Shown here piece after piece: positions 41,546-45,918 of a stretch of DNA of 45,918 nucleotides (the stretch's first letter is position 1; every line of letters starts with the position of its first letter). The notes beneath the pieces were generated by a model, which had not been told where the DNA came from, searched no databases, and saw only the letters and a program-made list of their open reading frames with translations. Where the stretch lies: the NCBI GenBank assembly GCA_003233095.1, contig QIKT01000076.1:1-45918 (forward strand), in the 5' to 3' direction. This stretch comes from Oceanospirillales bacterium. GTDB taxonomy: Bacteria > Pseudomonadota > Gammaproteobacteria > Xanthomonadales > SZUA-38. The translations under genes were made by a program, and so were the position numbers.

Positions 41546-43612
41546 GTGCTAAACGAAGCCATGGACAAACATCGTGCCGGTGATTATGCCGGTGCCGAAT
41601 CGCTCTACCGCAAGATGCTGTCGGATGAGCCTGAGAATTTTGAACTGCTGCACCTGCTGGGTATTGCACGGATGGAGCAGGGCGACCTGACCGATGCCTA
41701 TGCCAACGTCAGCAAGGCGATTGAACTGCAGCCGTCCGGTGCAGCGTTCATGGTCACACTGGCGACCATCGAACACCGGCGCGGTCAGCTGGTGCCTGCG
41801 GTTGAACACATGAAGCAGGCGATCGCTCTGAATCCCAACTTGCCGCAATCGCATAATACTCTGGGCTATTTGCAGTTTCTGACCGGTGATATTGAGGCCG
41901 CAGAAACCACCCTCACCATCGCACGACGCCTTGAGCCTGAGTCGCATCGTGTGATGGTCAATCTTGGCCAGGTCAAGCTGTCCATGGGGGACCTGGATCG
42001 GGCGATTGCCTATTTTCAGGATGCTCTGGAAATTCAGCCTAATGATCTGGCGGCTCTGTCATCGCTTGGGGAAGCGTTTCTGTTCAAGGGAACCCCGGCA
42101 TTTGCTGAAGAATGCTTCAGCAAATGTCTGCAGCAGCGTCCCGATTCCATCAAACTGCAAAATCTGCTGGCACAGTCGAAGCTGGCAGCCGGGCAAGTCG
42201 ATGAAGCAGACTCGATGTTCAAGACCATTCTCGAGACCCGCCCCGAACAATTCGAAGCGCTCGTGGGTCAGGCCGATGTCGCTGTCTTTCGCATGCAGTA
42301 TGAACAGGCCGTGCGTCAATACCAGAATGCCTTGACAGTCCAGCGTGGGCACCCCCTGGTGGTTGAGAAACTGGCCGATTGTCTGCTGGCCATCGGCGAT
42401 GGTCTCACCGCTGCTCGCTGCTATCAGGCCCTGATCGATGAGGACTCACCGGTGGGTCGTATTCACGCCAAGCTGGGCCGAGCACTGCTGGAAGCCGGAC
42501 AGTTGAATGAAGCCGAAGGCTATCTGACCAATGCATTGTCTGCCAATCCCGATGACCTTCAACTACTCCTCAATACGGCCCAGCTCAGAGAGGCCCAGGG
42601 TCGTGACGATGATGCCATTGCTGTGCTGCACAAAGGGCTGGATGGGAGCGCCGATCCTGTCGTGATCCGCAGTTCACTGGCCAGTTTGTATCTGGCTGCC
42701 GGGCAGCCTGACCAGGCACTCGAAACGCTGCGCCCTCTGGGCGATCCCGATGACGCGCAGATGCATCTTCATGTTGAAGGTCTTCGCCTGAGGGCCTGTG
42801 ATGCCATGGGTGACCACGCGGCTGCCAGCGGTCATGCTGACGCGCTGTCAAAGGCTGAACTCAAGCCCGTGGCTATCCAGCAAGCGGTTGACCCGAAGCT
42901 GCTTGCCAGTTGGCCAGACGAGCCGCTTGATGATGATCGAGGGGAGCCTGTGTTTGTGGTCGGGCTGCCTGGCAGTGGTGTGGCGCAAATCGCAGCAATG
43001 CTGGATGATCTGGACACTATTGAAGTCATTGACGATCGATTTGCTGGCGACAGTGAACGCAACGATCTGTTCAGCCAACCGTCAGACCATGCAGCCCTTG
43101 ATGGCTTTGCAGAAGATGAGGTGCGGCGCGCGCGCAGACGCTATTGGAACGGTTGGCAACGGCTGCGTAAAAAAGTGGCCGATCGAGTGCTGGGTATTGA
43201 CTATCTGCCGGTCGAGCAACTGGATGTGGCCAGTCTCTGTCGGATCTTCCCCAAAGCCACATTGCTGGTGGTCAATCGAGCATCAGAAGATCTCTGGTTG
43301 CACGGACGATTGACCGGTTGGAGTCTGGGGTATCGACTTGAGTCAGACGCCATCGATCGCTTTAATCAACAGATTGATCTGGCGCGAGAATCGACCCAAC
43401 TGAATGTGATCGAGATCAACGGCGTGGATGAGCAACCGGCAGCCGTTGAAGCATTGCAGGCGCTTCTTGAGTTCCATCAGATCAGGCATCCGGATCTGAG
43501 TGAACTGCTGGACCAGCAATGGCAGCGGCATGCTCGAATCCAGCCATACTTTGCTGCAGGCCATGCGGACCATTACAAGGGTCTGATGGATGATCTGGCC
43601 AGCCGACACTGA
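41546..43612 (+). CDS. TPR-repeat protein with a degenerate sulfotransferase-like C-terminal domain
   Basis: Many TPR motifs over roughly the first 420 aa, then PVFVVGLPGSG, a sulfotransferase 5'-PSB-like loop. Confidence 0.82.
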   Translation: MLNEAMDKHRAGDYAGAESLYRKMLSDEPENFELLHLLGIARMEQGDLTDAYANVSKAIELQPSGAAFMVTLATIEHRRGQLVPAVEHMKQAIALNPNLPQSHNTLGYLQFLTGDIEAAETTLTIARRLEPESHRVMVNLGQVKLSMGDLDRAIAYFQDALEIQPNDLAALSSLGEAFLFKGTPAFAEECFSKCLQQRPDSIKLQNLLAQSKLAAGQVDEADSMFKTILETRPEQFEALVGQADVAVFRMQYEQAVRQYQNALTVQRGHPLVVEKLADCLLAIGDGLTAARCYQALIDEDSPVGRIHAKLGRALLEAGQLNEAEGYLTNALSANPDDLQLLLNTAQLREAQGRDDDAIAVLHKGLDGSADPVVIRSSLASLYLAAGQPDQALETLRPLGDPDDAQMHLHVEGLRLRACDAMGDHAAASGHADALSKAELKPVAIQQAVDPKLLASWPDEPLDDDRGEPVFVVGLPGSGVAQIAAMLDDLDTIEVIDDRFAGDSERNDLFSQPSDHAALDGFAEDEVRRARRRYWNGWQRLRKKVADRVLGIDYLPVEQLDVASLCRIFPKATLLVVNRASEDLWLHGRLTGWSLGYRLESDAIDRFNQQIDLARESTQLNVIEINGVDEQPAAVEALQALLEFHQIRHPDLSELLDQQWQRHARIQPYFAAGHADHYKGLMDDLASRH

Positions 43613-43628
43613 GACGCGGAGCGAGCAG

Positions 43629-44261
43629 ATGAAACTGACATCCGACAGCATGCAGCAAGGTACCTTTGTGAGTGCCCGTTTCGCTCTGGGTCAAATCGAT
43701 CCAGCTAATCACATGATTTTTTCTGACAATCTGAGTCCCCATCTTGCGTGGGACGATGTACCCGACCAAACGAGAAGTTTCGCGTTGCTCTGCGTTGATC
43801 CGGATGTGCCCACTGTTGCCGAGACGGTCAACAGCTCGTCACACACCATTACAGTCGATCAGCCACGCTGCGATTTTTATCACTGGAGCATGATCAATAT
43901 CTCTGCATCCCTTCGCCACCTGGCAGAGGGCACCTGTGCGCGGGGACTGGTTCGTGGGGGCAAACGTTCCCCTGAAGGCCCTGCCGGCACACGCCAGGGA
44001 CTGAACGGCTACAGCGATTTCTTTGCCGGTAGTGAGTTGATGGGTGACTACTTCGGTTACGATGGACCCTGTCCGCCCTGGAATGATGATCGGATGCATC
44101 ACTATCATTTCACAGTCTATGCGCTGTCGGTTGAACAGGTGACACTGTCTGACCGGTTTACCGGCGTTGAAGTTGGCGAGGCCATCCGCGATAGCATCAT
44201 TGATCAGGCAACCTTGTCGGTCCGCTATTCACTGAACCCGGTTCTCCACGAAGCACACTGA
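43629..44261 (+). CDS. YbhB/YbcL family (PEBP/RKIP-like) protein
   Basis: NLSPHLAW, VDPDVP, FYHW, YDGPCPP and HHYHFTVYAL; start at ATG 43629. Confidence 0.93.
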   Translation: MKLTSDSMQQGTFVSARFALGQIDPANHMIFSDNLSPHLAWDDVPDQTRSFALLCVDPDVPTVAETVNSSSHTITVDQPRCDFYHWSMINISASLRHLAEGTCARGLVRGGKRSPEGPAGTRQGLNGYSDFFAGSELMGDYFGYDGPCPPWNDDRMHHYHFTVYALSVEQVTLSDRFTGVEVGEAIRDSIIDQATLSVRYSLNPVLHEAH

Positions 44262-44269
44262 TCTGGGTA

Positions 44270-44322
44270 CGGGCGCATTTCCCTTCTCAATCCAACTCGC
44301 TTAAGACTTGTTCAGAGGCTCC
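44270..44322 (+). mobile_element. MITE family A, right-end remnant
   Basis: TCTCAATCCAACTCGCTTAAGACTTGTTCAGAGGCTCC is identical to the 3' end of the 36027 copy. Confidence 0.88.
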
Positions 44323-44348
44323 TTGGACTTTTTACTCTCAACACTCAC

Positions 44349-44377
44349 TTAATCTTGGCGAAGTGATTCGCTATACT
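44349..44377 (+). promoter_or_regulatory. Candidate sigma70 promoter for glnA
   Basis: TATACT at 44372-44377, with a weak TTAATC 17 bp upstream. Confidence 0.4.
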
Positions 44378-44413
44378 TGAGGCTCCGTCTCATTTTTATA
44401 CAGGACCCATCAC

Positions 44414-45823
44414 ATGTCTGCAGATAAAATCCTTGATCGAATGAAGGATGAAAAAATCCGTTTCGTTGATCTCCGTTTTTGTGACACGCTCGGCAAGGAG
44501 CAACACCTCACCATACCCGCCAGCGCTGTCGATGAGTCGCTGTTTGAGGATGGCAAGATGTTTGATGGGTCATCCATCGCCGGCTGGAAAGGGATCAATG
44601 AATCAGACATGATTCTGATGCCGGATACCGACACCGCAGTTGTTGATCCTTTTTCTGAAGAACTGACCCTGAACATTCGCTGCGATGTACTCGAGCCCAA
44701 TACCATGGAAGGCTATGACCGCTGCCCTCGATCCACCGCGCGTCGCGCTGAGGAGTATCTGATTTCAACGGGTCTGGCCGACACCGCCTATTTTGGCCCG
44801 GAGCCCGAGTTTTTCGTCTTCGACAGTGTCCGTTGGCAGTCCGAAATGAAAGGCTGCTCGTATGCCATTGATTCCGAAGAAGCCGCCTGGAATAGCAATA
44901 CCAAGTATGACCATGGCAACATGGGACATCGTCCTGGCGTCAAGGGTGGCTATTTCCCAGTGCCACCGGTGGATTCTCTCCACGACCTGCGCTCGGCCAT
45001 GTGTCTGACGCTTGAAGCCATGGGGACGCCCGTCGAAGTGCATCATCATGAAGTGGGCACTGCAGGTCAGTGCGAGATTGGAACCCGGTTTAACACCTTG
45101 ATGCGCAAGGCCGATGAAGTTCTGGATATGAAGTATGTGGTCCACAACGTGGCCCATTCCTATGGCAAGACAGCCACCTTCATGCCCAAGCCAATCGTCG
45201 GCGACAACGGCAGTGGCATGCATGTGCATCAGTCTCTGAGCAAAGATGGTGAGAACCTCTTTACTGGTGACGGTTACGGAGGGCTGTCCGAGGCGGCGCT
45301 GCATTACATTGGAGGCATCTTCAAGCACGCCCGCGCCATCAATGCGTTTGCCAACAGTGCCACTAACAGCTACAAGCGCCTTGTTCCGGGTTTCGAAGCG
45401 CCGGTGCTGCTCGCCTACTCGGCTCGCAACCGCTCCGCGTCTTGCCGGATTCCGTTCGTGGACAACCCCAGGGCGCGTCGCATCGAGATTCGCTTTGGTG
45501 ACTCGACCGGTAACCCATACTTCATTTTCACCGCCATGATGATGGCTGGCCTTGACGGTATTCGAAACAAGATCGACCCAGGGGCGCCGATGGACAAGGA
45601 TCTGTATGATCTGCCTCCGGAAGAAGAGCGAGACATCCCGTCAGTCTGTCATTCTCTCGATCAGGCTCTTGAGGCTCTGGACCAGGATCGTGAGTTCCTG
45701 AAAGCAGGTGGCGTCATGTCGGATGATCTGATCGATGCTTACATTGATCTGAAGATGAAGGAAGTGACCCGCTTCCGCATGACCACCCATCCTGTCGAAT
45801 TCGACATGTATTATTCTCTCTGA
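44414..45823 (+). CDS. glnA: Glutamine synthetase type I (beta)
   Basis: [33 protein letters not shown] and adenylylation site DLYDLPPEE. Confidence 0.98.
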   Translation: MSADKILDRMKDEKIRFVDLRFCDTLGKEQHLTIPASAVDESLFEDGKMFDGSSIAGWKGINESDMILMPDTDTAVVDPFSEELTLNIRCDVLEPNTMEGYDRCPRSTARRAEEYLISTGLADTAYFGPEPEFFVFDSVRWQSEMKGCSYAIDSEEAAWNSNTKYDHGNMGHRPGVKGGYFPVPPVDSLHDLRSAMCLTLEAMGTPVEVHHHEVGTAGQCEIGTRFNTLMRKADEVLDMKYVVHNVAHSYGKTATFMPKPIVGDNGSGMHVHQSLSKDGENLFTGDGYGGLSEAALHYIGGIFKHARAINAFANSATNSYKRLVPGFEAPVLLAYSARNRSASCRIPFVDNPRARRIEIRFGDSTGNPYFIFTAMMMAGLDGIRNKIDPGAPMDKDLYDLPPEEERDIPSVCHSLDQALEALDQDREFLKAGGVMSDDLIDAYIDLKMKEVTRFRMTTHPVEFDMYYSL

Positions 45824-45863
45824 GGGCCAGAGGCTCCTGGTTGGTATGAGACGGTCGATAAGC

Positions 45864-45872
45864 TGCTACACT
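45864..45872 (+). promoter_or_regulatory. Candidate extended -10 for a downstream gene beginning at ATG 45902 (runs off the window)
   Basis: TGCTACACT (TGnTAnnnT), GGAG at 45891-45894 and ATG at 45902. Confidence 0.35.
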
Positions 45873-45918
45873 GAGAACCACAGGATTGACGGAGTGTGTT
45901 CATGAGACGATCAGTTGC

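Noticed and set aside
44355-44371. Sigma54 -24/-12 promoter for glnA
   Set aside because: The GG to GC spacing is 11 nt instead of the required 10.
45828-45840. CAGAGGCTCC after glnA (and GAGGCTCC near 44379) as MITE TIR remnants bracketing glnA
   Set aside because: The matches are only 8-10 bp with no internal similarity and could be chance.

Overview
This is a chromosomal window from a moderately GC-rich gammaproteobacterium; gene content and style suggest Xanthomonadales/Chromatiales-like, which is an inference only. Most of it is housekeeping DNA: a phenylacetate lower-pathway cluster (paaJ-H-G-F divergent from paaY-Z), gloB, tesB, an M14 peptidase, ubiCA, recG-RidA-spoT-rpoZ-gmk-yicC, rph-rdgB-hemW, two dsbA paralogs with cytochrome c4 and engB, a REC-REC-PAS-GGDEF-EAL protein, hemB-aroE, prlC, an srkA run and glnA. 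The unusual signal is intergenic. (1) The first 200 bp hold an IS256 transposase stub, the 5' end of a group IIC intron and an integron attC site. (2) Two related families of about 150-165 bp non-autonomous elements have IS5-like terminal inverted repeats and a shared GCGTTGC...GCGCCTTG-framed core. One family shows compensatory base changes in its hairpin, and the other resembles the Rickettsia RPE-1 core. (3) A decayed hotspot at 8.6-9.4 kb contains gene remnants, a two-hairpin IS200/IS605-like element and nested MITEs. No rRNA, tRNA or CRISPR array was recognised. All family calls come from motif recognition by eye; no searches were run.
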